IMG/VR virus record: IMGVR_UViG_3300032327_000953 | Coordinates: 160,001-224,000 of that record | DNA length: 64,000 bases | Source of the DNA: a virus | Taxonomy: Duplodnaviria; Caudoviricetes | Strand: one strand, 5' to 3' | In this document: piece after piece, positions 45,346 through 56,000 of the stretch | How the letters are laid out: every line of letters starts with the position of its first letter | Numbering within the stretch: position 1 is the first letter of the stretch | Notes under the pieces: model-generated | What the model was told of the DNA's origin: nothing | Database searches by the model: none | Seen by the model: the letters and a program-made list of their open reading frames with translations, nothing else | Program-made: the position numbers and the translations under genes

Positions 45346-45359
45346 AAAGTATTTTTCTC

Positions 45360-45387
45360 TTGACCATTATTTAATAGGCTGTACTAT
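45360..45387 (+). promoter_or_regulatory. possible sigma70-type promoter
   Basis: TTGACC-16 nt-TACTAT. Confidence 0.4.
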
Positions 45388-45445
45388 AACTGTAGCTTTG
45401 TCTAATGACAGATTGCTCAGACTATTGACTATTAAATGGATATCT

Positions 45446-45679
45446 ATGAAATACCTAGAGGAATTAAAAGCTAGTGATTGCTTCTCCAATAATGATGAAA
45501 TATTCATTGTTAGCTCAGATTTTAAAAGATCTGGAGATAAAATATGCATATCAACAAAGACTGGTTTTGTTAGAAGCTTTCCAACAGATCTCATTGTTGA
45601 ACAAGCTCATCTTTATATCTTAGATAAAGACAATAATATTATTCCTATCAATCCGATAGCTAAAGAATCTTTAGAATAA
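45446..45679 (+). CDS. hypothetical protein
   Basis: ATG in frame with the listed ORF. Confidence 0.55.
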   Translation: MKYLEELKASDCFSNNDEIFIVSSDFKRSGDKICISTKTGFVRSFPTDLIVEQAHLYILDKDNNIIPINPIAKESLE

Positions 45680-45686
45680 ATGAACT

Positions 45687-46520
45687 ATGAAATTGCAAAG
45701 AATAGGATATACAGAAGGAACATTGCTTTTTTGCAACTATCTCAAGAATACTATTGGTGTTGATAAACAAATTATTGACCCAAAAGAAGCATTATTTATT
45801 AATTGGCTATATAGCTCCAGTGGATGGTATGATAAAGACCTATCTTACTCTTATTTTGACATGAACTATGATGAAGTATATCAAAATTCTAATTATCATA
45901 AATTTCTAAATATCTATAAAAGCTCTATAGAAAATAGTGATCATTTAATAGTATTATTACATGAGTATTATGTCAATAATTATTTAAATCATAAACCTTC
46001 TTTTATCTCTAGTTTGAAATCAAATTGGTCTCAACATTATGCGGATTACTGGTGTCATAGTGAAAAAATATATGATCTATTAAATAGTAAAAATATTTTA
46101 GTTATTAATAGTTTTGATGAATTAATTTACAATCAGTACCATAGTGGCAATGTAAATAAAATTTTCCATGATTTCCCAGTTTTTAAAAGTTTATCAACCA
46201 TCAATTTCCCGTATTGTTTTTTTAACGACGGCCCGCACCAGAATAGTTTTGAAACTATAGATCATATAATACATCAAGTGCAAAATTATGAATTTGATAT
46301 AGCATTAATTGGAGCTGGCCCAAGCGGAGCTATAATAACAGATAAAATTATTCAAATGGGAAAGAGTGCCATAACTATGTGTTCAGGAATTACTAAAATG
46401 TTTGGTATAGATCCTGGTTCAGAACACAAAGACTTCTGGGTTACTACTATACCAGAACAATATATTCCTAAAAATTTTGAGAAAATAGAAAATGGAAGAT
46501 ATTGGATTGGAGTAAAATAA
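45687..46520 (+). CDS. putative glycosyltransferase (GT-D-like)
   Basis: ILVIN..FDIALIGAG..MGKSAI..LFG-like C-terminus; context. Confidence 0.5.
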   Translation: MKLQRIGYTEGTLLFCNYLKNTIGVDKQIIDPKEALFINWLYSSSGWYDKDLSYSYFDMNYDEVYQNSNYHKFLNIYKSSIENSDHLIVLLHEYYVNNYLNHKPSFISSLKSNWSQHYADYWCHSEKIYDLLNSKNILVINSFDELIYNQYHSGNVNKIFHDFPVFKSLSTINFPYCFFNDGPHQNSFETIDHIIHQVQNYEFDIALIGAGPSGAIITDKIIQMGKSAITMCSGITKMFGIDPGSEHKDFWVTTIPEQYIPKNFEKIENGRYWIGVK

Positions 46521-47200
46521 TGGCTAAATATTTAATACTAAATCATATACCAAGATGTGGTGGATCAAGTTTAAGAAAAAGTATATATGATGGAATAAAA
46601 AATAACTCCCACTTCCGTCATGATCCCGCATATATTTCAGATCATACACACTCAAATATTTGTTTATATGAAAAACCACAGTTAATAGAAGCTATTCATC
46701 CAGAGACTCTCCTGTTTATAGATCATAGTCCAGCTTTTTTTCTTGAAGATAATTTTAATCTACCAATAAGTGATACTTATCGAATAATTACTCTTAGAAA
46801 TCCATTATCAAGAATTATCAGTCATATTCATTTTTTTTATGAGCAACATATAGATACTATACCAGATAATATTTTAATAAATTACCTAAAACAATTTGGT
46901 AATCTAACAATACATTTTTTAACTAAGTATCAATATCCAAACTTATCATTACAGCAACAATATAAAGAAGCTAAAAATATTCTAAAAGATTATCAATTTT
47001 ACTTCCAAGTAGAAAATCAAAAACTTTGTGAAGTCTTTAATTCATCAAATCCTTTTGAATTACATATTCCAAATTATCATATCAATAGATCTAGTATTGA
47101 TAGTACCATAAAAATTAATCAAATTACAAAAAATATCATCTATAATGAAATCAAATTAGAAATTAAATTACTAGAAAAATATTATGAAGTGGATCTCTAA
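46520..47200 (+). CDS. sulfotransferase family protein
   Basis: HIPRCGGSS (5'-PAPS binding) and LRNPLSRIISH (3'-PAPS binding). Confidence 0.8.
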   Translation: MAKYLILNHIPRCGGSSLRKSIYDGIKNNSHFRHDPAYISDHTHSNICLYEKPQLIEAIHPETLLFIDHSPAFFLEDNFNLPISDTYRIITLRNPLSRIISHIHFFYEQHIDTIPDNILINYLKQFGNLTIHFLTKYQYPNLSLQQQYKEAKNILKDYQFYFQVENQKLCEVFNSSNPFELHIPNYHINRSSIDSTIKINQITKNIIYNEIKLEIKLLEKYYEVDL

Positions 47201-49331
47201 TCAACATACTAAACAATTGGTTGAAAAATATTCATATTTAATACCTAAAGATTTTGATCCAATAACTTATGCGTTAATGCATCCGGATCTTATTCAATGC
47301 AAGGTGGATGATATTCAAAAAGCTACTGAGCATTATCTAATGTTTGGAATGAGAGAAAATCGTAGATATAAGAAAGAAATAATAAAAAAACTGAAAATAG
47401 AAAATAAAAATATTCCTGAATTTTGGAATAATGGAAAGAATCTACTATACTTTTCCCCAATGGCTCCTGATTTTGATTGTAGTAGTGGAGGAAATAGATT
47501 GTTACAGATTCTTAAAATTTTAAAACTTGATTTAGAATATAATGTATGGTTTTTATGTAATGGTTCTAATAAACAAAAGTATATAGATATTGTTAAAAGT
47601 TTAAATATACCTATTTTTTTACCAGATATCGATAAAGAAATATATTTGAATAAATACTTGGAACAAGCAGTCAAGGATAAGTTAATTTTTGATAATGCTA
47701 TTTTTTCTTGGTATGATATAGGTAACCAATATATAGATATCGTCAAATCATTTTTTCCAAATATCAAGATTTTAGTAGACAGCGTTGATGTTCATTGGAT
47801 AAGAGAACAAAGAGGAGTAGATTCTGGGCAGTTATTAATGTCTCAAGAGAACATAGATTATAGGAAAAACATAGAAACAAACGTGTATTCTAAAGCTAAT
47901 ACCATATTTGCCATAACTGAGGATGATAAAAAACATATTCAGAAAGAATTGGGTTACGGACACAATATTAAAATATTAAGCAATATACATGACGCTAAAA
48001 ATATTAAATTAGGTAAACATATGTCATTTATAGGAAACTATAATCATGGACCAAATGTAGAAGCTGTCAAAAAAACCATAGATATTTATACAAAATTTCA
48101 GAATAGCAAAATATACCAATCTTTAAAATCCAAACCCAAGCTACTTATAGTTGGACCACACCTAGACGAATCTATCCAACAGACTGTAAAAAATATTCCC
48201 AATATACAATACCTAGGACAAGTAGAAGATTTAAATGATATCTATAAAAAATCTGCTTTAATTATAGCACCATTATCTTGGGGCGCAGGCATCAAGGGAA
48301 AAATTTGCGATGCAGGAATGTGCGGGCTACCAATACTCACTTCTGATATAGGTAATGAAGGAATAAAATTTAACCATAAACAAAATGCCCTGATAGCAAA
48401 TTCAGAAGAAGAGTTTGTGGAAGAATTGCAATACTTCTTCTCGTTATCTGCAAAACAAAAATCTGATTTAGGTAAAGCGGCACAAAAACACTTGTCGCAA
48501 ATAGTATCAACAGCATCAGCAGCGAACATGCTTAAACACGCATTACAAGACAAACATATTGTTATTAGTATTGTAACATATAACCAACCAAAAAAACTTA
48601 AAAAATGTCTTCATACCATATTAACTAAAACAACATATACGAATTATACAATAGTTATAACTGATAATGGTCCAATAAATCAATCAAAATTCATAAAAAA
48701 TCAATTCAAGACAAAGAAAATTAGATACATAAAAAACAAAACAAATGAATACTTTATTGTTCCAAATAATAAAATCATAAATGATACAGAATATCAATTT
48801 TCTGATATACTTTTAGTTAATGATGATATAGAAATTATTGATAGATATTGGTTAAATTATTTATACTCTAGCGCATATAGTGCTGATTATATAGCGGCCG
48901 TTGGGGGCAAAACTTTATATCCAAACGGTACAATAGCCGAAGCTGGCGCTGAATTATATTCTGATGGTACTGGTAGAAATAAAGGAAGATATCAAAATTC
49001 CGATGATATACAATTTAATATTCCTCACTATACTGGCTATTGTTCTGGATGCCTACTATACATGAGAAGAGACGCTTTGAATAAACTAGGTCCATTAAGC
49101 GATAAACTTGATAAGATGTACTATGAAGATAGTGAATGGCAATATCGCGCACATATTCATGGCTTAAAAACTTTATATGAACCACGATGCATTGCTATTC
49201 ATGATGAAGGATCTTCTAGTGGAACAGATATAACAAAGGGTATGAAAAAATATCAAGAAATTAATAGGATCAAATTTTTAAAATTAATGAATAGTCAAAC
49301 AAATATGAAAATAGAAACATTTAATGAATAG
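47184..49331 (+). CDS. bifunctional GT-B + GT2 glycosyltransferase
   Basis: SGGNR, GAGIKGKI (GT-B); SIVTYN, LVNDD, YYEDSE..HDEG (GT2). Confidence 0.85.
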   Translation: MKWISNQHTKQLVEKYSYLIPKDFDPITYALMHPDLIQCKVDDIQKATEHYLMFGMRENRRYKKEIIKKLKIENKNIPEFWNNGKNLLYFSPMAPDFDCSSGGNRLLQILKILKLDLEYNVWFLCNGSNKQKYIDIVKSLNIPIFLPDIDKEIYLNKYLEQAVKDKLIFDNAIFSWYDIGNQYIDIVKSFFPNIKILVDSVDVHWIREQRGVDSGQLLMSQENIDYRKNIETNVYSKANTIFAITEDDKKHIQKELGYGHNIKILSNIHDAKNIKLGKHMSFIGNYNHGPNVEAVKKTIDIYTKFQNSKIYQSLKSKPKLLIVGPHLDESIQQTVKNIPNIQYLGQVEDLNDIYKKSALIIAPLSWGAGIKGKICDAGMCGLPILTSDIGNEGIKFNHKQNALIANSEEEFVEELQYFFSLSAKQKSDLGKAAQKHLSQIVSTASAANMLKHALQDKHIVISIVTYNQPKKLKKCLHTILTKTTYTNYTIVITDNGPINQSKFIKNQFKTKKIRYIKNKTNEYFIVPNNKIINDTEYQFSDILLVNDDIEIIDRYWLNYLYSSAYSADYIAAVGGKTLYPNGTIAEAGAELYSDGTGRNKGRYQNSDDIQFNIPHYTGYCSGCLLYMRRDALNKLGPLSDKLDKMYYEDSEWQYRAHIHGLKTLYEPRCIAIHDEGSSSGTDITKGMKKYQEINRIKFLKLMNSQTNMKIETFNE

Positions 49332-50616
49332 TTTAGCTATTTTAACTACAATTTATAATCATCAAAATTCACCACTAGTGATGGAAAATTTTCATAGATT
49401 TATTTCGTTTATTAACGAATGTGGATTGGGCAATCATTTATATATTTGTGAAATTATACCTGAAAATACTACATCTAATTTGAATATAGATAGTGGCACA
49501 GTATTCACTATACATAACAGTAGTCCTTTGTGGCATAAAGAATCAGGTATTAATTTCTTACTAAAACAAGTCCCTAAACGCTATGAATATATTGTGGTTG
49601 CTGATAATGATATTATGTTAAATGATAGTAATTGGTATTATAAAGTTTACAACTTATTAAAGAATCATGTTATGGTTCAATGCTTTGACACTATTAAATA
49701 TCTTGGTCCTGATGGTTTAGGTATTGATAAATACTATGAAGGAACTGTCAAATTTGCATCAATAAATAATAATATCGATGAAGGCAATCCCGGAGCATTC
49801 ATAGCATATAGAAGAGATTATTTATCTCATACTAAAGGTTTGTTTGATAAATGTCTGGTGGGAGGTGGAGATACTATAAATATAGTTCCATTTTTTTCTG
49901 ATAGTCATTATATATCTATGAATATTTTTAATAAAGTATTTTATGATCATCAAATACAAATTTTAAATTATATTGAAAAAAGCAAACAGTTTATCAATTC
50001 AACAAGTCATAAAAAAGCAACTTACATCAAAAATTGTCATGCAACCCATCAATACCATGGAATGATTAATGATAGAAGCTATAATAACCGATATAATCTA
50101 ATTAATAAATTAAATTCTACAAATTATATTGAACAAAATAAAAATGGATTCTACACACTTACTGATCAATTAATATCAACCTATAATTTATCAAAAGATT
50201 TAGAATGTTTTTTCAATAATAGATCTAGCTCTTATGCTGATATTAAATCGCTAATTTATAATTCTAATAAATATGCAGTTGAAAACAATATATTATGGTT
50301 ATCTGATAATAACTGTTTTAGTTTCAGAAATATCGATAAAGTAAAAATTAGTTTTAAAAAACCACATCAAATCCAATATATCAATATTTTTACTAATGGT
50401 TCTAAAATAGATACAAAAAATTTATTATCTGATGGATCTATGACGATAGAGATAATAGAACCAATCAGCATGATTATTGATTCAGATTATATTATTCCAA
50501 AAAATCTAGAATTAAGTCAAGACATAAGAAGGCTTTCTCTCTACATAGACAATATTCAGATCACTTCTTCCGACAATTCGGACTACATTGAGTATCCGTT
50601 GATGGATGTTCTGTAA
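49324..50616 (+). CDS. putative GT-A glycosyltransferase
   Basis: WHKE..IN, VADND, GGGD, HQYHG..R.Y. Confidence 0.65.
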   Translation: MNSLAILTTIYNHQNSPLVMENFHRFISFINECGLGNHLYICEIIPENTTSNLNIDSGTVFTIHNSSPLWHKESGINFLLKQVPKRYEYIVVADNDIMLNDSNWYYKVYNLLKNHVMVQCFDTIKYLGPDGLGIDKYYEGTVKFASINNNIDEGNPGAFIAYRRDYLSHTKGLFDKCLVGGGDTINIVPFFSDSHYISMNIFNKVFYDHQIQILNYIEKSKQFINSTSHKKATYIKNCHATHQYHGMINDRSYNNRYNLINKLNSTNYIEQNKNGFYTLTDQLISTYNLSKDLECFFNNRSSSYADIKSLIYNSNKYAVENNILWLSDNNCFSFRNIDKVKISFKKPHQIQYINIFTNGSKIDTKNLLSDGSMTIEIIEPISMIIDSDYIIPKNLELSQDIRRLSLYIDNIQITSSDNSDYIEYPLMDVL

Positions 50617-50648
50617 AAAGTTATTTTGCAAAAAGTAAAAAGACACCA

Positions 50649-50676
50649 TTGCTATTCTGATTCGAGCGCATATAAT
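50649..50676 (+). promoter_or_regulatory. possible sigma70-type promoter
   Basis: TTGCTA-16 nt-TATAAT. Confidence 0.5.
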
Positions 50677-50738
50677 GAACTATCTTGGTGGTTACATCAA
50701 TGATTCAAAAATTAATAAAGAGTTAGCGCAAGATAAAA

Positions 50739-51206
50739 ATGAGACCGATCTGGACGGATTATTTTCTTGGTATGGCGAAAGTTGTATCTCAAAGAAGTCA
50801 CGACATTCATACTCAGCATGGATGTGTTATTACGGATCAAAATAATAGAATCTTAGGGGTTGGATATAATGGTTATCCAAGAGGTTTAGATGATTCTAAA
50901 CTTCCAAAAAATCGACCAGACAAATATCCCTGGATGGTACATTCTGAAAGAAATGCTTTGTCTAATTGTGTAGTGCGACCAGATAATGGAATAGCTTATG
51001 TAACCGGACAGTGCTGCAATGATTGCATTATGGCTTTGTGGCAAGAAGGGGTGTGTACTGTTTATATGGCTGATGACCACGGAACACATTTATTTGATGA
51101 TAATGCTAAAAAAATATTTGATACTTTTGTGGAAATGAGTGGTATAAAAATAATTAAAGTAACACCAGATCTCTCTTGGCTGAAGACCCTGTGTGGTGTA
51201 TTATGA
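50739..51206 (+). CDS. dCMP deaminase
   Basis: SHD..GCVI, GVGYNG, HSERNAL, CNDC. Confidence 0.88.
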   Translation: MRPIWTDYFLGMAKVVSQRSHDIHTQHGCVITDQNNRILGVGYNGYPRGLDDSKLPKNRPDKYPWMVHSERNALSNCVVRPDNGIAYVTGQCCNDCIMALWQEGVCTVYMADDHGTHLFDDNAKKIFDTFVEMSGIKIIKVTPDLSWLKTLCGVL

Positions 51207-51329
51207 ATATAACAAACAGTGTTTTTACAACATTTACATCTCAAAATTAAACCGGTGAATCAATTGAATATCAATAGTCTTCTTTCATCGGTATTCTCAG
51301 ACTTATAGCATTATTTAATAGGAGAAAAT

Positions 51330-53522
51330 ATGTCGGCGCTTCAAGAATTGCAGAATTATACATTTGTTAGTAAGTATGCCAGATGGATAGAAAGCGAAAA
51401 TCGCAGAGAAACATGGAAAGAAGCAGTCGATAGAGTTAGAGAGATGATGCATACTCGATATGACTCATTCGGTATCTCTGAAGATATTGATTGGGCATAT
51501 GATGTAATGTACAAAAAGAAGGTATTAGGAAGCCAAAGAGCGCTCCAATTTGGTGGAGAGCCTATCATCAAAAGACACGCTAAAATCTATAACTGCACAA
51601 GTTCTTACTGTGATAGATTACGATTTTTTCAGGAATGTTTTTGGTTATTGCTGTGTGGTAGTGGTACTGGATTTAGTGTGCAAAAGCATCACGTATCCAA
51701 GTTACCAACACTAGAACATAATCCAGAACAAGGTATTGCTACCAAATATTTAATTGAAGATAGTATCGAAGGCTGGGCAGATTCATTAGGAGTATTACTT
51801 AGTTCTTATTTTAGCAAGCCTATTGACGAATTTAAAGAATATAAGAATTGTCATGTTGTATTTGATTATTCTAATATCAGAAAGAAAGGTTCTGCTTTAA
51901 GCTCTGGGGTAGGAAAAGCTCCTGGTTATGAACCTTTAGCTAATGGATTAGAAAAAGTCAGAGCCTTGCTTGATAGATGTATTTCTAGTGGTCAAAAGAA
52001 ACTAAGACCAATTGATGCTTATGACATTATTATGCATAGTAGTGATGCTGTATTATCCGGCGGCGTTAGAAGAAGTGCCTCTTTAGCATTATTTAGTCAT
52101 GATGATAATGAAATGGCCAAAGCAAAGACTGGTAATTGGTATATGGAGAATCCACAAAGAGCACGAAGCAATAACTCTGCGCTACTCTTAAAGGAAAATA
52201 CAACTTATGAAGAATTCTCAGCATTGATGGAATCTGTCAAAGAATTTGGAGAGCCAGGATTTATCTGGAGCGATTCAACAGAAATGACATTTAATCCATG
52301 TGTTGAGGTCGGAATGTGGCCCGTTGATGAAGAAAGTGGCAAGTCTGGTTGGCAGGGTTGCAATCTATCTACCATTAATTGTGCAAATGTTGCAGATGAG
52401 GATGATTTCTATGAGAGATGCAAGGCTGCTGCCATAATCGGGACATTACAGGCTGGGTTTACTGATCTTGATTATCTTGGCGATATTAGTAAGAAAATCT
52501 TTGCCAGAGAAGCCTTATTGGGCGTTTCTTTGACTGGTACTATGGAAAAGCACGATATTGTATTGACTGAGAAAGTTCTAAAGAATGGGGCTAAAATAGC
52601 AGTCGAAACCAATAAAGAATTTTCCAAAAAGATCAAAATCAACCAAGCTGCCAGAGTCACCTGTTTAAAACCAGAGGGTACTTCCTCAAGTATGTTAGGA
52701 ACGTCCTCTGGAATCCATCCTCACCACGCTAAACGCTATATTAGGCATGTGCAGGCTAATATTCTAGAAGCTCCATATCAACACTTTAAAAAGGTCAATC
52801 CACAAGCTTGTGAAAAGTCCTCTTGGTCGGCCAATAATACCGATGAAGTGGTTAAATTTCCTATTGAGGTTCCAGATGGGGCCAAGTTAAAGAATCAATT
52901 ACCAGCAATAGAAATGTTATCTGTTGTAAAAGATACTCAAAAGAATTGGGTATATTCTGGTAAAAATAGGTCATTATGTACTCAGGACTATCTTAGTCAT
53001 AATGTTAGCAATACTGTTACAGTTAAGCCTGATGAATGGTCTGATGTAACCAAATATATCTATGACAATAGAAAGTATTTTGCTGGTATTTCACTAATTC
53101 CACAAAGTGGAGATAAGGATTATCCTCAAGCTCCCTTTACAACAGTGTATACTAGTAGAGAGATTGTCAAAGAATACGGAGATGCTGCATTGTGGTGCTC
53201 CGGATTGATAGAGTTAGGTCTTAATGCTTTTGATAGTAATCTTTGGGCTGCTTGCGATTATGTAAGCATGAACCAAGGAAAAGATCAAGATGATGAAACT
53301 AAACTAAAATTTGTCACCAAAATGAAAAACTTTGCTGGCAAGTACTTCGATGGAGATGTTAAGAGATTAACATATTGTATGAAAGATGTATACAACTGGA
53401 AGCTTTACTGTGATCTATATAATAGCTTTGGCAAAGTTGATTATACGCAGTTATTGGAGACAGAGGACAACACTTTAGGCATAGAGGAAATTAGTTGTGC
53501 TGGCGGCGCATGTCTAATCTAA
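51330..53522 (+). CDS. nrdJ: class II (adenosylcobalamin) ribonucleoside-triphosphate reductase
   Basis: YNC, GGVRRSA, SNNS, NPCVE, GCNL, KPEGT, C-terminal CAGGAC. Confidence 0.9.
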   Translation: MSALQELQNYTFVSKYARWIESENRRETWKEAVDRVREMMHTRYDSFGISEDIDWAYDVMYKKKVLGSQRALQFGGEPIIKRHAKIYNCTSSYCDRLRFFQECFWLLLCGSGTGFSVQKHHVSKLPTLEHNPEQGIATKYLIEDSIEGWADSLGVLLSSYFSKPIDEFKEYKNCHVVFDYSNIRKKGSALSSGVGKAPGYEPLANGLEKVRALLDRCISSGQKKLRPIDAYDIIMHSSDAVLSGGVRRSASLALFSHDDNEMAKAKTGNWYMENPQRARSNNSALLLKENTTYEEFSALMESVKEFGEPGFIWSDSTEMTFNPCVEVGMWPVDEESGKSGWQGCNLSTINCANVADEDDFYERCKAAAIIGTLQAGFTDLDYLGDISKKIFAREALLGVSLTGTMEKHDIVLTEKVLKNGAKIAVETNKEFSKKIKINQAARVTCLKPEGTSSSMLGTSSGIHPHHAKRYIRHVQANILEAPYQHFKKVNPQACEKSSWSANNTDEVVKFPIEVPDGAKLKNQLPAIEMLSVVKDTQKNWVYSGKNRSLCTQDYLSHNVSNTVTVKPDEWSDVTKYIYDNRKYFAGISLIPQSGDKDYPQAPFTTVYTSREIVKEYGDAALWCSGLIELGLNAFDSNLWAACDYVSMNQGKDQDDETKLKFVTKMKNFAGKYFDGDVKRLTYCMKDVYNWKLYCDLYNSFGKVDYTQLLETEDNTLGIEEISCAGGACLI

Positions 53523-53546
53523 ACCTCTAACCCTAAAGGGGCAAAC

Positions 53547-54266
53547 TTGAGAAAAAAAAATACGTCCAAAAAGAAAAATAATCGTCCTATAGATGCCACT
53601 AATAATCTTGAATCACCAATCAAGAATGTCTATAGGAATAGACTAAAGCCTCGTAGTAAAAATCAACAAGAGTATATTCGTAGTGTTGCTGAAAACTGCA
53701 TTACTTTATGCCATGGCGTTGCTGGTTGTGGTAAAACACACATAGCAATTGGTATGGCTATAGAATATCTTATAGAGGAAAAAGTTAAGAAAATCGTTAT
53801 TACTAGACCAGTAGTAGAATCCGGCGAAAGAATCGGATATTTACCTGGAACAGCAGAAGAAAAGCTTCATCCTTACTTATTACCAATTTTGGACGAAATT
53901 AATTATTTTATGTCGGCTGGTGAGTATAATACTCATAAAACTAATCATAGAATAGAAGTTGTTCCACTAGGTTTAATGAGAGGTAGAAATTTCCATAATA
54001 CCTTCATTGTTGCTGACGAATGTCAAAATGCATCATATGATCAATTAAAAATGCTCTTGACAAGACTAGGTACCGACAGTAAAATGGTATTAACTGGAGA
54101 TACTAGTCAGTCAGACCTAGCTAAGTTTGCTCGTGGCGGTTTTGCTACGATGATGGAAGCTTTATCTGGCTTGGAAGGAATCGGTGTTTCTCATTTGGAT
54201 TATAGCGATATTGTTCGCAATCCAATTATAGAAAAGATATTATTAAGACTAGACAATATAGATTAA
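53547..54266 (+). CDS. phoH: PhoH-family ATPase (TTG start)
   Basis: GVAGCGKT, TRPVVE, GYLPG, MRGR, DECQN, LTRLG, GD..QSD, VRNP. Confidence 0.93.
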   Translation: MRKKNTSKKKNNRPIDATNNLESPIKNVYRNRLKPRSKNQQEYIRSVAENCITLCHGVAGCGKTHIAIGMAIEYLIEEKVKKIVITRPVVESGERIGYLPGTAEEKLHPYLLPILDEINYFMSAGEYNTHKTNHRIEVVPLGLMRGRNFHNTFIVADECQNASYDQLKMLLTRLGTDSKMVLTGDTSQSDLAKFARGGFATMMEALSGLEGIGVSHLDYSDIVRNPIIEKILLRLDNID

Positions 54267-54267
54267 T

Positions 54268-54849
54268 ATGCTTCATGAACATAAACAGTGTCTGATATTA
54301 AATTCAGACTACTCTCTACTAACAGTTATGCACTGGCAGAAAGCTATTGTATTGTCTGTTAGACATGGATATAATAAAAATCTGGGTGTTGAGATCCTTG
54401 ATTTTTATAAAGATGATTTTATTTGTGGAGTTAATAATAAAAAACATCCAATACCTGCTGTTGCTAAAACTGTAAAATTCTTAAAAGTATTTAATCATAC
54501 TGTTAAGTTTTCCAGAATGAATTTATTTATTAGAGATAATTATACATGTCAATATTGTGGAATTAGAAAAGAGATTTCTGATTTAACATATGATCATGTC
54601 ATACCTAAATCAGCTTGGTTGAATGATAGGGCTTCTCCTACTTCATGGACTAATATTGTAACAGCATGTACAAGATGTAACAGAAGAAAGAGTAATAGAA
54701 CACCAGCACAAGCAAATATGCCAATTAAGAATCTCCCAATTGCACCAAGAAAACACGAAAAATACTTGCCAGTAACGTCCTATCTAGCTAACATAAGGTC
54801 GAACATCCCAGAAGAATGGGCTTACTATTTGCCAGGATCATATCAATAA
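54268..54849 (+). CDS. HNH endonuclease (McrA-like)
   Basis: RDNYTCQYCG, DHVIPKS, NIVTACTRCN. Confidence 0.88.
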   Translation: MLHEHKQCLILNSDYSLLTVMHWQKAIVLSVRHGYNKNLGVEILDFYKDDFICGVNNKKHPIPAVAKTVKFLKVFNHTVKFSRMNLFIRDNYTCQYCGIRKEISDLTYDHVIPKSAWLNDRASPTSWTNIVTACTRCNRRKSNRTPAQANMPIKNLPIAPRKHEKYLPVTSYLANIRSNIPEEWAYYLPGSYQ

Positions 54850-55250
54850 TGCCAGTTTATTCTTATTTGTGTAATAGTTGTGGAAATAATTTTGAGATAT
54901 TCTGTAGTTTTTCTCAATATGAAAAGAATCCACCACCAAAATGTTCATCATGCTCTTCTAAGTCAACGGTTAGAAGATATGCAGAAGATGTTCAAACCAT
55001 CAGTTCTTCTATTAAAAAATCAGACTCTGAACTTAAAACTATTGGAGATATAGCTAATAGAAATAGAGACAGGATGTCTGACGATGAAAAACGAGCAATA
55101 TATGAAAAACACAATGCTTACAAAGAAGTAGAAAGCCAGAATGAACTACCAACTGGTATGACAAGGATGAGGAAAACGAATAAAGTACAATGGACAGATA
55201 AGCCACTCAGGAAAAAAAGAAAAATCAATGAGAAAAAATCCAATTCATAA
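54849..55250 (+). CDS. FmdB-family zinc-ribbon protein
   Basis: MPVYSYLCNSCG..CSSC. Confidence 0.8.
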   Translation: MPVYSYLCNSCGNNFEIFCSFSQYEKNPPPKCSSCSSKSTVRRYAEDVQTISSSIKKSDSELKTIGDIANRNRDRMSDDEKRAIYEKHNAYKEVESQNELPTGMTRMRKTNKVQWTDKPLRKKRKINEKKSNS

Positions 55251-55626
55251 TATTACTAAAAATGATGGGATTAGTGAGTATTATACTTTATTAGGTAATC
55301 ATTCTTTTCTAGACGACGAAGGTTTCCCTCGCCTGGATAATGAGTCTTCTGAAATGGTATTTGCTAAATGCATTAGAAATAAACTAACTAAGACTTTTGG
55401 ATCATCCAGTAAGTTTAGGTTCTATATGCTATTATCTCCAAGTAATAAGCCATACAATCCAATTCAAAAAGAAACAATCTCAGACGGCAGAAAATTCATA
55501 GATAAGGTTTGCAAAGACCCTTTTACTTTTAAGGAAGTTAATCAAACCATTTTCCAGAAATATCTAGAATTTTTGAAATCTAAAAATACCAGATGGATCA
55601 CAGATATAGAAAGAGATTTAAAATAA
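55228..55626 (+). CDS. hypothetical protein, paralogue A
   Basis: Shares H.FLD..PR, KPYNPI and VNQ..F..Y..FL..W..ER with the next gene. Confidence 0.7.
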   Translation: MRKNPIHNITKNDGISEYYTLLGNHSFLDDEGFPRLDNESSEMVFAKCIRNKLTKTFGSSSKFRFYMLLSPSNKPYNPIQKETISDGRKFIDKVCKDPFTFKEVNQTIFQKYLEFLKSKNTRWITDIERDLK

Positions 55627-56000
55627 TGGACAACTCATTTATCTTCACAAGACAAACGGATTCTGCTGAACAGGCTAAGTTTTTTACTTTCATAGGTGAA
55701 CACGATTTTTTAGATGAACAAAAGAATCCAAGATCAACTACAGAAGAAAACGAAAAGACTCTAGCTAAACTTATTATTAGAGAAGATAATAGTAAAAAGT
55801 TTATGATTAAGGTTGATGCTACTTATAAACCATATAATCCTATTTCTATATATGGCAATAAACAAGCATATAAGAAAATGGACAAGACTAGACCAGAGAG
55901 CAAGTTTATATCCGTCAATCAAGAAGCTTTCAACAATTATGTGAATTTTTTAAGAACTAGAATTGTTTCGTGGTTACACAATACAGAAAGGTCAATATAA
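55626..56000 (+). CDS. hypothetical protein, paralogue B
   Basis: Shares motifs with the previous gene. Confidence 0.7.
   Translation: MDNSFIFTRQTDSAEQAKFFTFIGEHDFLDEQKNPRSTTEENEKTLAKLIIREDNSKKFMIKVDATYKPYNPISIYGNKQAYKKMDKTRPESKFISVNQEAFNNYVNFLRTRIVSWLHNTERSI

Noticed and set aside
51207-51329. Cobalamin riboswitch or NrdR box upstream of nrdJ
   Set aside because: Region is short and AT-rich; no B12-box or NrdR palindrome recognised
53552-53560. A9 run at the phoH start as a frameshift or phase-variation site
   Set aside because: In frame within a Lys-rich N-terminus; A-runs are expected at this AT content
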